The notes beneath the pieces were generated by a model that saw nothing but the letters and a program-made list of their open reading frames with translations, was not told where the DNA came from and searched no databases. DNA of 64,000 nt from an uncultured Actinomycetes bacterium (GTDB taxonomy: Bacteria; Actinomycetota; Thermoleophilia; UBA2241), in the NCBI GenBank assembly GCA_963755025.1, contig CAVWIH010000030.1:32001-96000 (forward strand). Direction: 5' to 3'. Of this stretch, positions 10,640 through 22,463 are shown one piece after another. Each line of letters begins with the position of its first letter. The first letter of the stretch is position 1. Both the position numbers and the translations under genes were made by a program.

Positions 10640-12155
10640 TCAGGCGCGCAGCAGCTCCGCGAAGCGGCCCTCTTGCACGGCGCTCGCCACGGCTTCGATC
10701 TCGGGCGCCAGGTAGCGGTCTTCGACCAGGTGCGAGGCGAGGCCGCGCACCACGGCGTGGCCCGCCGGCGGTGCCCACACCCGGCTTGAGCGGCGCCAGC
10801 AGGTCGATCGCCTGCGCCGCGCAGAGCGCCTCGATGGCGAGCACCGAGTAGACGTTACGGGTCACCTGGAGCAGCTTGAAGGCGGCCGTCATGCCCATGC
10901 TCACGTGGTCTTCCTGGTCGCCCGACGAGGGGATCGAGTCGACGCTCGCCGGGTGGCACAGCACCTTGTTCTCTGAGACCAGGGCGGCGGCCGTGTACTG
11001 GGCGATCATGTAGCCGTTGTTGAGGCCGCTGTCGGCGGTCAGGAACGGCGGCAGCTCGGAGAGCGACGCGGTGAGCATGCGAAACGTGCGACGCTCGCTG
11101 ATGTTGCCGATCTCGGAGAGGCTCATGGCCGCCAGGTCGAGCGCCAGGGCGAGCGGCTCGCCGTGGAAGTTGCCGGCCGAGATCACCTCGCCCGAGTCGG
11201 GGAAGATGAGCGGGTTGTCGGTGACCGACTCGATCTCGACCTCGGCCACCTCGCGCAGCCAGCGCAGCGCGTCGCGGCAGGCGCCGTGGACCTGGGGGAT
11301 GCAGCGGATCGAGTAGGCGTCCTGCACCTTGTCGCAGTTCAGGTGGCTGAGGATGATCTCGCTGCCCGTGCAGACCGCGCGCACGTGCTGCGCGGTGAGC
11401 AGCTGCCCCGGGATGGGCCGCAGGTGCTGGATGCGCTCCTCGAAGGGCCCCACCGAGCCGCGCAGGCCCTCGAGGCTCATGGCGCCGATGACGTCGGCCG
11501 AATCGAGCAGCGCCTCGCCGTCGGTCACGGCGAGGCAGGCGATGGCCGCCATGAACTGCGTGCCGTTGAGCAGCGAGAGGCCCTCTTTGGCCTCGAGCGT
11601 GATCGGCGCGATGCCCGCCGCGGCAAGCACGGGGCCGGCCGGCACGCGCTCGCCCTCGGCGCTCAGGAACTCGCCCTCGCCCAGCATGGCGAGCACGAGG
11701 TGGGCCGAGGGGGCGAGGTCGCCCGACGCGCCCAGCGAGCCGCGCGACGGTACCCAGGGCACGAGGTCGGCGTTGAGCAGCTCGCAGAGAGTCTCGAGCA
11801 CCTCGGTGCGCACGCCCGAGTAGCCCTTGGCGATCGTGCTGGTGCGCAGCAGCATGGCCGCCCGCACGACGTCGCGCGGCAGCGGCTGGCCGACGCCCAC
11901 CGCGTGGCTGCGGATGAGGTTGAGCTGCAGCTTGCGTACCTGGTCGAGGGGTATGCGCGTGGTGGCCAGCAGGCCGAAGCCGGTGGTGACGCCGTAGACC
12001 ACGCGGTCCTCGGCGAGGATGCGCTCGACGACGGCGCGGGCGGCGGCAAGGCGCTCGCGCGCCGCGGGGCCCAGGCTGACGGTGCGGCCGCGGCGGGCGA
12101 CGTCGGTGATGTCGGCGATGGTCAGAGGCCGTTCGCCGATGATGAGCTGATCCAT
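10640..12155 (-). CDS. hutH: Histidine ammonia-lyase (frameshift near 3' end)
   Basis: YGVTTGFG, LIRSHAVG, GSLGASGDLAP (MIO-forming ASG), NGTQ, QDAYSIRC, GNFHG, QEDHVSMG; DRYLAPEIE..LRA* in shifted frame. Confidence 0.93.
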
Positions 12156-12221
12156 GATGGCGGTTCCTTAGGTTGCGGCCTATCGGCGGCGGCTCGGCCG
12201 CGGCCGTGTCGTCACGCGCGT

Positions 12222-13982
12222 CTAGCGCGGCGCGATGCGCACGGTCAAGGGTATCACCACGGCGGTCGCCGGCGGCCCGACCACGACCTCGCAGCTCCAG
12301 TCCCCGACGATCGAGAGCTGCAGGCTACGGCCCCGCCAGACGCCGTCGGCGCCGCGCCGCAAGGCCAGGTTGGCGCCCACACCTATGTGGCTCGGCAGGG
12401 TGAAGTCGAGCGCCACGGCGCGCGCCGGCGCCGGCGTGGTGGTGCCGAAGCGGTCGACGCGCACGGCGAAGGCGTTGGCGCCGGCGCGCGCCGGCGCGAC
12501 CGTGAGGCGCACGGTCAGCGTCTGAGCATGGTCGCTCGCCACGACCGCGACGCTCGCCGGCCTGCCGCCGGCCGCGGCGGCCGACAGCGAGCCCGGCGCG
12601 AGGCCGCTCAGCACCGCCGTCGCCGCCAGCACCGCGGCGGCCACCACGAGCTCGACGCGCGCCGTACGCCCGAAGGCGCGAGCCGCCCCGGACTCGCGGG
12701 CATCGGACTCGCGGACTGCGGACTCGCCGGCTTCGGCTGCGCCGGCCGGCGCGGGCTCGCGGGCCGCCCGGGACTCGCCGGCCGGCGTAGCCTCGCCGGC
12801 CGGCGCAGCCTCGCCGGCCAGCGCGGGCACCACCCGGTAGCGGTTGAACGCGCCGAGGCCCACCAGCACGGCGACCAGGGCGAGCTTGACCAGCAGGGCG
12901 ACGCCGAAGCTCGTGTGCACGAGGTCGCCGGGCGTGCCGAGCTCGGCCGCCGCCCGCGCCACGCCGCTCGCCAGCACTATGACGAGCGCCACGCCGGCGA
13001 CGGTCGAGAAGCCGCGCACACGGCGAGCACGCTCGGCGGGCGACGTGCCCCGCAGCCCGAGCAGCAGCCAGGCCAGGCCGCCGATCCACACGCCGACGGC
13101 GGTGACGTGCACCCATTGCACCGCCAGGTCGAGCAGCCGGAAGGGCGAGCGCCCGTCGGCGTGTCCCCCGTGCACGTGCACGAGCAGGGCGGCGGCCGCG
13201 CAGAGGCCGACCGCGGCGATCGTCGCGCGGCCCGGCCGCCACACGAAGGCCGCCACGGCCAGCGCCGCACACCGCGACGGCCATCGCACGCGCCACGAAC
13301 GGCTGGCCGGCGGCCGCGCTCAGCAGCCCCGACAGCGACACGCCCACGACCGCGCGTTCGGCCAGCGTCATGACGGCCACGCCGGCAGCGCAGAGCACCC
13401 AGGCGGCCACGAGCAGCGCCCGGCCGTGGGCCGGCGTGGCGGCGCCCGCCACGAGGAACGAGACCGCGGCGGCCCCGACCAGCAGGAGGAGTCCCCAGTA
13501 CAGCAGCCAGCGCCCGGCTGCCTGCGCGGCTGAGAGTGAAGTCGGCGTGGAGGAGGCGCCGGCGGCGACGGCGCCGGGGGCGCGGCCGTGCCGACGGCAA
13601 AGACAAACGAAGAGCCGGCGACGTGGCCGTCGATGCTCGAGACGGTGCGCCAGCGCACGGTGTAGGCGCCGTCGGGCAGGGTGCGCGTGAGGGCGACGCG
13701 CAGTTCGGCCGGGTGGCCGGCGACGCTCTGCGCCGGCGAGGCGCCCGCGACGGCGGCGCCGGCCGCGTCGAGGAGCTCGACCGACGAAAGACGGGGGTCG
13801 GGTGGTTCGGTGAACGAGAGGACGAGCTGGCGCGGCGCCGTGGCAAGCGACGCGCCGGCGGCCGGCTGCGAGCCGGCGAGCAAGGCGTGGGCGCTCGCGG
13901 GCGGCGCCGCGGCGCCGAGGCCCGTGAGAGCCAGTGCGACGAGGGCCGCCACGACTCCGAGTCTGAGGAGCGAACGGCTCAC
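12222..13982 (-). CDS. CopC/CopD copper resistance fusion protein (frameshifted)
   Basis: Signal peptide ending ASA-HALL, YTVRWRTVSSIDGH (CopC); GGHA, WVHVTAVGVWIGGL, FS, LLVKL (CopD). Confidence 0.85.
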
Positions 13983-14156
13983 GATGGCAGGCGCGGGCTC
14001 GCGCGCAGCGCCGGCCGCTGCTGCGATGGCCCGTGCCCGGCGTCTGGTGCGCTGCCGCCCGGGGCATGCAGCGGCCGGGGCAGGCGTGGGGCCGGCCGGC
14101 CGTTGGGAGACCGGCCGCGTGTCGCGCCCCCGCGTGCGAGGGTGCGACTCAGTCGC

Positions 14157-14465
14157 TTACCTTCTGCGGCCGCGGCCCCCGCCCTCGCGCAGGTCTCTAC
14201 CGACGGTCGCGTACGGCAACAGCGCCATCTCGCGGGCGCGCTTGACGGCGACGGCGACCTGACGCTGGTGACGACGGCAGGTGCCGGTCACGCGACGCGA
14301 CTTGATCTTGCCGCGCTCGCTGATGCAGCGACGCAGCGCGTCCAGGTCTTTGTAGTCGACGCCGACGACCTTGTCTTTGCAGAAATGGCAGTAACGACGT
14401 CTCGTGGGATCGAGCGGACGACCCCTCTTTCGGTCGGGACGTGGTTTGCCTTTGGAGCTCGGCAC
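14157..14465 (-). CDS. rpsR: 30S ribosomal protein S18 (Zn-binding C+ type), stand-alone copy
   Basis: [43 protein letters not shown]. Confidence 0.93.
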   Translation of the reverse strand: MPSSKGKPRPDRKRGRPLDPTRRRYCHFCKDKVVGVDYKDLDALRRCISERGKIKSRRVTGTCRRHQRQVAVAVKRAREMALLPYATVGRDLREGGGRGRRR

Positions 14466-14624
14466 GTTCGTTTCCCTTCAGCAGAGTTGGTGTGCAATAA
14501 AAAGCGCTGCCGCCGCGACCGTAGTCGGCGCCGCGGGCGGCGGGGTGACGACTTACGCCGTCAGCGGCGCCCGCCGCGCCGGCGGTGAGGCCGGCGCAGC
14601 GGGCGTCGCGTGGGTCTGCTTGGC

Positions 14625-14822
14625 TTAGACAGGCCTGACGTTGACGGCCTGCGGGCCCTTCTGACCTTCGGTGACCTCGAACTCGACGGCCTGATTCTCG
14701 TTCAGGGTGTCGACACCAGGGGCGAGCGAGTTGACGTGCACGAACACGTCTTTACCCTCAGCCTGCTCGATGAAGCCGTAGCCCTTCTGACCGTTGAACC
14801 ACTTTACTTTGCCTTGAGTCAA
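14625..14822 (-). CDS. Cold-shock protein (CspA family)
   Basis: [30 protein letters not shown]; TTG start after GAGGAG. Confidence 0.95.
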   Translation of the reverse strand: MTQGKVKWFNGQKGYGFIEQAEGKDVFVHVNSLAPGVDTLNENQAVEFEVTEGQKGPQAVNVRPV

Positions 14823-15051
14823 CCTGTTCTCCTCATCTCATGAGCGTGTCCGCGGCACCTCTGTGGGGCCGCGGTGGGCGCTCCTCACTATCGCGCCGCT
14901 GGCGGCCTATGATACACGACCGCGGGCAGCGAGCTTCTAGACTACGCTGCTTGCGTCAAGAAAGACAATCCTTCGGGCGAAGAGTTCGCGGCTCGCGAGC
15001 CTGCGAGCGCCGGCGACGGCGCAAAACTTTGCGCAGGCACGGCCCGGCGGC

Positions 15052-15723
15052 TCAGCCGTGGGCGATGTTCACGGCGCGCGCGACCACTACGGCGAGGGTG
15101 GCGAACGCCAGCAGGTTCTCGGCGCCCATGACGAGCTTGGCCCTCATGGTATACGGCATCGTGTCGGTGGGCGAGAAGGCGATCGCCCCGGTGAGCGAGA
15201 CGTAGAGGTAATCGTAGAAGCTCGGCTTCCAGGTAGGCGGCGCGATGCCCTGCTGGTCGGCCTGCTGCTGCGGAAAGACGAGATCGGGGTAGCGGCCCCT
15301 GTAGCCGCCCGACCGGCACTCGGGTCCGCCGCCGTCGAGCTCCCAGTACAGCAAGGCGAAGACGGCGACGTTCACGAGCCATAAGACGACCCCCGCCGCC
15401 AGCAGTCCGGCCGGCCCGAGCCCGGAACCCACGAACACGCCGTGCACGAGCAGGGCGAGGCTCGCCGCATTGGCGGCTACCAGCACCGTGACGAAGGCAT
15501 ACGACAGCGCGCGGGCCGTGCGGCCCGGCTCGGAGCGACTCTCATAGACCGCGATCGAGGCGATCAGCAGGAAGGTGGCGACGCCCGGGAACACCCATAC
15601 GGGGCGCAGGGCAAGACTGTGGGACACCCAGGTCTGGCCCACGATGATGAGCAGCGCCACGGCGATGATCGGCCGGCGCGACTGCGTCGGCGTCACGCAC
15701 CTCCACTGCGGCTCTGCCGCCAT
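15052..15723 (-). CDS. DUF1345-like membrane protein
   Basis: FALLYWELDGGGP, FPQ, W.PSFYDYLY, AFSPTDTMP, VARAVN. Confidence 0.8.
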   Translation of the reverse strand: MAAEPQWRCVTPTQSRRPIIAVALLIIVGQTWVSHSLALRPVWVFPGVATFLLIASIAVYESRSEPGRTARALSYAFVTVLVAANAASLALLVHGVFVGSGLGPAGLLAAGVVLWLVNVAVFALLYWELDGGGPECRSGGYRGRYPDLVFPQQQADQQGIAPPTWKPSFYDYLYVSLTGAIAFSPTDTMPYTMRAKLVMGAENLLAFATLAVVVARAVNIAHG

Positions 15724-15881
15724 CGTCCCTCGCCCTCCCTCTGTCTTTGCGGTGCGCGGCGCCTGCCCGCCGTCGGATCAGCCGTTCGGGCCGGCGCCCG
15801 CCGGCCGACGCGGCCGCTGCTACCTTACCCTGCCACGGCCATCGTAGTTTGCAGCGGCCTCAGTGTGGTGACAAGACGGGC

Positions 15882-16694
15882 ATGGCGAGCGAACCGACAC
15901 CTGCCGCACCGGTCGCCGAACGCGTGCGGCGCGAGATGTCCGACGAGGCGCACGCGCTGATCGAAGCGGCGCGCGCCGACGGCATCACGCTGCGCCTTCT
16001 CGGGGGGCTCGGCGTGCGCGAGCACTGCCGCAGCGCCCAGCTCTGCGCGCGCGACTACAGCGACCTCGACATGGTGGCGCCGGCGAGCCAGGCGCGCCGC
16101 CTGCCCCGCCTCTTCGCGGGGTTCGGCTACCGCGAGAACACCGACGTGGCCACCTCGACCGGCGTCGGCCAGCTGCAGTTCGTGCGGCCCTGCCGTCACG
16201 GCGCCGAGGAACCGGGGGCGAGCCACGCCGACGACCACGTCGACGTCTTCCTCGACACCTTCCGCATGGACCACGCCATCGCCCTCAGGCGGCGCCTCGA
16301 GCTGGAGCCCGTCAGCCTCCCGCTGGCCGACCTGCTGCTCACCAAGCTGCAGATCTTCAGGCTGAACGACAAGGACATCCGCGACATCGTCACCCTGCTC
16401 GACGACGCCGAGGTGAGCGACGGCGACGAACCCGGCGCCATCGACGCGCGCTACATCGCGGGGCTGTGCGCCGACGACTGGGGACTGTTCTACGACGTCG
16501 TCAGGAACCTGCAGACGGTCGACGAGCGCGTCGGACGCCTCGGCCTCACCGACGCCGAGCTGGCGCGCGTGCGGCGCGGCCTGCTGCGCCTGATCGCCGC
16601 CATCGACACCGCGCCCCGCAGCCTGCGCTTTCGCCTGCGCGCCCGCGTCGGTACCCGCGCGCGCTGGCACAGCGAGCTCGACGACCAGGAGTGA
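15882..16694 (+). CDS. Nucleotidyltransferase-fold hypothetical protein
   Basis: RLLGGLGV...DLDMV, VDVFLD, DLLLTKLQI, NDKDIRD. Confidence 0.7.
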   Translation: MASEPTPAAPVAERVRREMSDEAHALIEAARADGITLRLLGGLGVREHCRSAQLCARDYSDLDMVAPASQARRLPRLFAGFGYRENTDVATSTGVGQLQFVRPCRHGAEEPGASHADDHVDVFLDTFRMDHAIALRRRLELEPVSLPLADLLLTKLQIFRLNDKDIRDIVTLLDDAEVSDGDEPGAIDARYIAGLCADDWGLFYDVVRNLQTVDERVGRLGLTDAELARVRRGLLRLIAAIDTAPRSLRFRLRARVGTRARWHSELDDQE

Positions 16695-16730
16695 CCGCCG
16701 AGCGCGCGAGCGCGCCGACGGGGGCGACCC

Positions 16731-17330
16731 ATGAGCGAGGAGGACACCGTGAACGAGCAAGAGGTCTTCGTGGCGGCCGAGAGGGCGCTCGGCGGCGTCG
16801 TCGAGCAGATCGACAGCGACCAGTGGGGCCGCATCGTGCCCGACAGTTGGACGCGCAAGCCAGGCTCGACCCTGCGCGAGGTCATCAACTACCACGCCTA
16901 CGACGACGCCTGGGTACCCGACGTGCTGGCCGGCAAGACCATGGAGCAGGTGGGCCACAGTCACGACGGCGATCTGCTCGGCGACGACCCCAAGGCGAAG
17001 TTCGCGGCGATCGCCGCCACGGCGACCGCCGCGGTGCGCGCCTTCGACGATCTCGACAAGATCGTCCACCTCTCCTACGGCGACTATCCGGCGCGCGAGT
17101 ATCTCAGGCACATCACCTATTTCCGCGGCCTGCGCGCCTACGACCTGGCGCGCTTCATCGGCGCCGACTCGAGCCTTCCCGACGACCTCGTGCGCGGCTT
17201 GTGGAGCGAGATCGAACCGGTCGCCGAGGAGTGGCGTCAGCTCGGCGTGTTCGGGCCGGCCGTCCCGGTGCCCAGCGACGCCCCGCTGCAGGACCGCCTG
17301 CTCGGGCTGGTCGGCCGCCGCGCGGCCTGA
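16731..17330 (+). CDS. TIGR03086/DinB-like (MDMPI-type) metal-binding protein
   Basis: DQW, TLREVINYH, YDLARFIG, FGPAVPVPSDAPLQDRLLGLVGR. Confidence 0.8.
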   Translation: MSEEDTVNEQEVFVAAERALGGVVEQIDSDQWGRIVPDSWTRKPGSTLREVINYHAYDDAWVPDVLAGKTMEQVGHSHDGDLLGDDPKAKFAAIAATATAAVRAFDDLDKIVHLSYGDYPAREYLRHITYFRGLRAYDLARFIGADSSLPDDLVRGLWSEIEPVAEEWRQLGVFGPAVPVPSDAPLQDRLLGLVGRRAA

Positions 17331-17531
17331 CCCGACGTAGCCGCCGCGCGGTGACCCGCGCGCTGGGCCGCCGCGCGGTGATCGCGCGCTGGCGTGCCGC
17401 GGCAAAGAAAGGCGTGCGCCGCCCGCGGGGCGTGAGCGCGTCCGGAGCCTGTCTTGAAGGGCGAGCCGCGGGGAATCATCTGGGCACGTCCGGCCGCCGG
17501 CCGGTACTCGCCGTTCGCTCAAGGAGCAGCC

Positions 17532-18452
17532 GTGGTAGCCATCAGTAGCGCGAGCATCGCAGAGCTCGTGGTCGTCGCCGTGGTCGTGATCGTGCTCGCC
17601 GTGCTGGCGCGCGGCAGCGTGCGGGTGGTGCGTCCCACGCACCGCGGTCTGGTCGAGCGCCTGGGCAAGTACAACCGCTACGCCGGCCCCGGGATCCACG
17701 GCGTGGTGCCGATCATCGAGCGCATGTACCAGGTCGACATTCGCGAGGTGCTGGTCGAGGCGCAGCCCCAGGAGATCATCACCAACGACAACCTGAACGC
17801 CAAGGTCGATGCGCAGGTCTACCTCAAGGTCAAGGCCGACGAGGAGAGCGTCAAGGCGTCGCTGTACAACGTCACCAACTATCAGAACCAGGTCGTCAAC
17901 CTGGCGCGCACCACGCTGCGTAACATCATCGGCACGCTCTCGCTCAAGTCGGCCAACTCCGAGCGCGGCAAGATCAACGAAGAGCTGCGCACGGCACTCA
18001 AGACCGAGACGGCCAACTGGGGCATCGAGATCCTGCGCACCGAGCTCAAAGAGATCGACCCCCCGCACGACGTGCAGGAGACCATGAACAAGGTCGTCAA
18101 GGCCGAGAACGAGAAGGTCGCGGCGATCGACTTCGCCACCGCGGTCGAGACGCAGGCCGACGGTGCCCGGCGCGCCGAGATCAAGAAGGCCGAGGGCATC
18201 CGCCAGGCCAAGATCCTCGCCGCCGAGGGCGAGGCCCAGGCCATCCAGCTGGTCAACGAGGCCGCCGACAAGTTCTTCGTGGGCAACGCCCAGATGCTGC
18301 GCAAGCTCGAAGCCGTCGAGCGCGCCCTCTACCAGAACGCCAAGGTCGTGGTGCCCAGCGACACCCAGCTCGTCAATGTGATCGGCGACCTGGGCGGCGT
18401 GAGCCCCGAGACGGCCGACCGTCCGCCGGCGAAGATCGCGGCGGTCAAGTAG
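17532..18452 (+). CDS. SPFH/band-7 domain membrane protein
   Basis: N-terminal TM, VERLGKY, QEIITNDN, TTLRNIIG, AE-rich coiled coil. Confidence 0.9.
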   Translation: MVAISSASIAELVVVAVVVIVLAVLARGSVRVVRPTHRGLVERLGKYNRYAGPGIHGVVPIIERMYQVDIREVLVEAQPQEIITNDNLNAKVDAQVYLKVKADEESVKASLYNVTNYQNQVVNLARTTLRNIIGTLSLKSANSERGKINEELRTALKTETANWGIEILRTELKEIDPPHDVQETMNKVVKAENEKVAAIDFATAVETQADGARRAEIKKAEGIRQAKILAAEGEAQAIQLVNEAADKFFVGNAQMLRKLEAVERALYQNAKVVVPSDTQLVNVIGDLGGVSPETADRPPAKIAAVK

Positions 18453-18464
18453 CGCCGCTGCGGC

Positions 18465-18932
18465 CTACCTGTCGGCGGTGGCGCCCTCGCGGCTCAGTTC
18501 GACGACCGGCTTGTAGCGACGCTCCACGAGAAAGCGCCGGACGCGCTGCTCGAGGTAGTCGCGGGTCTCGCGAAACAGGGCCAGACGCTCGTCGTCGGTC
18601 ACGTCGGCGAGCGCCGGGTCGTCGAGCGGCCAGTACTCGCGCGTGCCGACTCCGGGGAACATGGGACAGTCCTTCTCGTCGCGGTCGCACACGGTGATGA
18701 GGAACTCGAACTGCGCTTTGCCCATGTACTCCTGCACGCTCTTGGGCCGCTGCTCCGAGATGTCGACGCCGCGCTCGGCCATGACGGCGACCGCCAGAGG
18801 GTGCAGCTCGCGCGGCGTCGAGCCGGCGCTGAATGCCTCGAAGGCGTCGACGGCCAGGACGCGCAGAAAGCCTTCGGCCATCTGGCTGCGCACACTGTTG
18901 CCGCTGGAGAGAAAGAGGACTCTCTTGACCAC
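18465..18932 (-). CDS. ArsC/LMW-PTP family protein with Ser in place of the catalytic Cys
   Basis: LFLSSGNSVRSQMAEG, SAG, ITVCD, CP.FPG, LDDP, FRETRD. Confidence 0.85.
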   Translation of the reverse strand: MVKRVLFLSSGNSVRSQMAEGFLRVLAVDAFEAFSAGSTPRELHPLAVAVMAERGVDISEQRPKSVQEYMGKAQFEFLITVCDRDEKDCPMFPGVGTREYWPLDDPALADVTDDERLALFRETRDYLEQRVRRFLVERRYKPVVELSREGATADR

Positions 18933-19064
18933 GTCTGCCTCCCGACAGATTACCTGACGAAGGTGATATTACCCGCCGCCAAACCCGGCTATGACCGTCG
19001 GTCCGCCGACGCGGCCGACCGACTTCGCCGTCGCCGCTCAGGCGGGCGCGACTGCGTGGCGCGC

Positions 19065-20186
<1,122 letters not shown>

Positions 20187-20483
20187 TCTTGCTCCTCACG
20201 CGAAGCGCCGTGGCTCTGGAACGTGCGGCCGGGGGACCACACAGGCAAGCCACCGAGGCTTCGAGGTCATCACAGGAAACCGGGTCGACACCGGCCAGGC
20301 ATTGGTCGATCGGGCATTCGGCCAGCTCACGCCCATGCCCGGCGCACCTGACCACCTCGCCTATAGTACCCGCCTCGCAACGCCCGCGCCAATCGGGCCG
20401 CCCGCGGCGGCCCCTCGCGGCCCGACCCGCCGGGGCGCCTGCCGCGCGGCCGCCCGACCCTGGCGCGCCGCGACCGCCCGCCC

Positions 20484-21380
20484 CTAGTCGCCGCGCGCCT
20501 CGCTCCACACGAAGGTGCCCGCTTGCAGGTCGTTCAGCGCCTGCTGCAGCTCGGCGCGCGTGTTCATGACGAACGGACCGTACCGCGCGATGGGCTCGCC
20601 GAGCGGCGCGCCCGAGACCAGCAAGAAGCGCACGGCCTCGTCGTAGGCGCGCACGCGCACCTCGTCGCCGTCCTCGAACACGATCAGGCCGGGAGCGTGC
20701 ACGAGCGAACCGTCGAGCTCGCCGCGATAGCCCAGGTCGCAGGCCACACCGAACTCGCCCTCACCGCGAAAGACGTAGGCGAAGGCCGCATGGCCGCGCG
20801 GGATGGGCTGCACGAAGTCGGCCCCGGCGGCGAGCTCCACGTCTAAGTACTCGGGGTCGGCGTAGATCTCGGTGACCGGCCCCCGCACGTCGTCGCTGGC
20901 GCCGGCCACGACGCGCACGCGCGTGCCGTCGGGGCGTTGCACGACCGGGATCTCGGCGTCGGCCACCTCCTGGTAGCGCGGCCGCGACAGCTTCAGCTTC
21001 GCCGGCATGTTGACCCAGAGCTGAAAGCCGCCCATGCGGCCCTCGCGCGGCCGCGGCATCTCTTCGTGCATGATGCCGCCGCCGGCCGTCATCCACTGCA
21101 CGTCGCCGGGGCCGATCGTGCCGGCGTTGCCGATGGTGTCTTTGTGGTCGACCTCGCCGGCGAGCATGTAGGTCACCGTCTCGATGCCGCGGTGCGGGTG
21201 CAGGGGGAACCCGGCGAGGTAGTCGTCGGGGTCGTCGGACTCGAAGTGGTCGAGCAGCAGGAAGGGGTCGAGGTAGTCGAGCGACCAGCCGCCGATGCTG
21301 CGCTTGAGGCGCACCCCGGCGCCCTCGACGACGGGCTGCGGCTCGATCACCCGCGCGACGCGTCTGACCTGCGGCTCCAT
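20484..21380 (-). CDS. Pirin family protein
   Basis: DPFLLLD, GFPLHPHRGIETVTY, QWMTAGGGIMHEE, GPFVMNT. Confidence 0.95.
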   Translation of the reverse strand: MEPQVRRVARVIEPQPVVEGAGVRLKRSIGGWSLDYLDPFLLLDHFESDDPDDYLAGFPLHPHRGIETVTYMLAGEVDHKDTIGNAGTIGPGDVQWMTAGGGIMHEEMPRPREGRMGGFQLWVNMPAKLKLSRPRYQEVADAEIPVVQRPDGTRVRVVAGASDDVRGPVTEIYADPEYLDVELAAGADFVQPIPRGHAAFAYVFRGEGEFGVACDLGYRGELDGSLVHAPGLIVFEDGDEVRVRAYDEAVRFLLVSGAPLGEPIARYGPFVMNTRAELQQALNDLQAGTFVWSEARGD

Positions 21381-21464
21381 GGCTCCTCCTCGGTCGCAAA
21401 AGCCCCCAGTGGTGCCACAAGCTACCCGCCCTGCGGTACGGTCAACCCACAGCGGGCCGCGCGG

Positions 21465-22265
21465 TCAGCAGCGCGCGACGTAGTCGCGCAGCGCCGGCGC
21501 CGTCAAGCCGTCGTCTTCAAGCAGCGCGAACGCCGCCTCGAGCACGGCGCGCTGTCCGGCGAGGTCGCCGGGGGCGCCGAGCGCGTACCCGTGCCAGAAC
21601 GGCACCGACAACGATCGCGGCGGGCCCACCTCGGCCACCGCCCTGTGCAGCAGCTGCAGCGCCACCGTGGCCACTCCACGGCGTTCCAGCTCCAGAGCCG
21701 CCAGTCCCACGGACTGGCTGCAGAGCGGTCAGGTGGGCACGAGCAGCACCGCGTCGACCCGGTCGGCGATGAGCCGATCGGCTACCTGAGGCACCCGCCG
21801 GGCGAGGGCGCGGCCGGTCGCCGCCATGGCGCCGCCCAGGGCCAGATGGCGCCTGTTCAACTCGCCCAGCCGCCCGGCGGCGACCGCCTCACGCAGCCGG
21901 TCGAGCGCGAAGCCGAGGTTGCGGTCGACGTTGACGGCGCTCGCGGCGGCGGCGCTCGCGGCGGCGGCGCTCGCAGTGGCGGCGCTCGCAGCGGCGGCGC
22001 TCGTGCCGCTCTCGGCGCGGCCCTGCGTGCGCGCCGGCGGGGCGGCGCTCGAGAAGTCGGCGCCGACCTCGCGCACCTCGGGGTCGCCAAGCGGCACGCT
22101 GCGTCCGACACCGCGGCCGCGGGGCGCAAGGCAGACCGAGCTGACCACGAGCGCCAGCCGGCACTCGGCGAGCGGCCGCGGCAACGCCACGAGCGGCGTC
22201 GGCGCGGAAGGTCGTTCGCGCGCGCTGCGAAAGCGCTCGAACATGGTCAACGCATGCCCCGGCAA
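21465..22265 (-). CDS. Glycine/sarcosine/betaine/proline reductase selenoprotein B-like protein; UGA at 21729-21731 read as Sec
   Basis: Two ORFs are in frame across one TGA: ...DRVDAVLLVPT-U-PLCSQSVGLAALELERRGVATV...PPRSL..GYALGAPGD; RPLAECRLALV and DRNLGFALDRLRE motifs; start uncertain. Confidence 0.8.
21700..21718 (-). promoter_or_regulatory. Bacterial SECIS-like hairpin
   Basis: GCCAGTCC-GTG-GGACTGGC perfect 8-bp stem beginning 10 nt after the UGA. Confidence 0.7.
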
Positions 22266-22463
22266 GCCATGCCCGGCAGCTTACCAAAGACGGGCGTCGC
22301 GCCGTGCTTGACTTCGGCGGGCGGGCGGACCACTCTTTATCACCCCCTCAAGTCCGGTGTTTCCCGCTCCGATACTTCTCGCAGGGGGTCGCCCCGGACG
22401 ACGGCAAGGCCGTCGGCCGCCGGGGCGCACGAGCGGCGCACACGTGCGCGAGGTGCTGATGAC

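Noticed and set aside
20937-22463. Long N-terminal extension of the GAF-GGDEF ORF
   Set aside because: Overlaps pirin and the selenoprotein on the opposite strand; RBS supports ATG 22464
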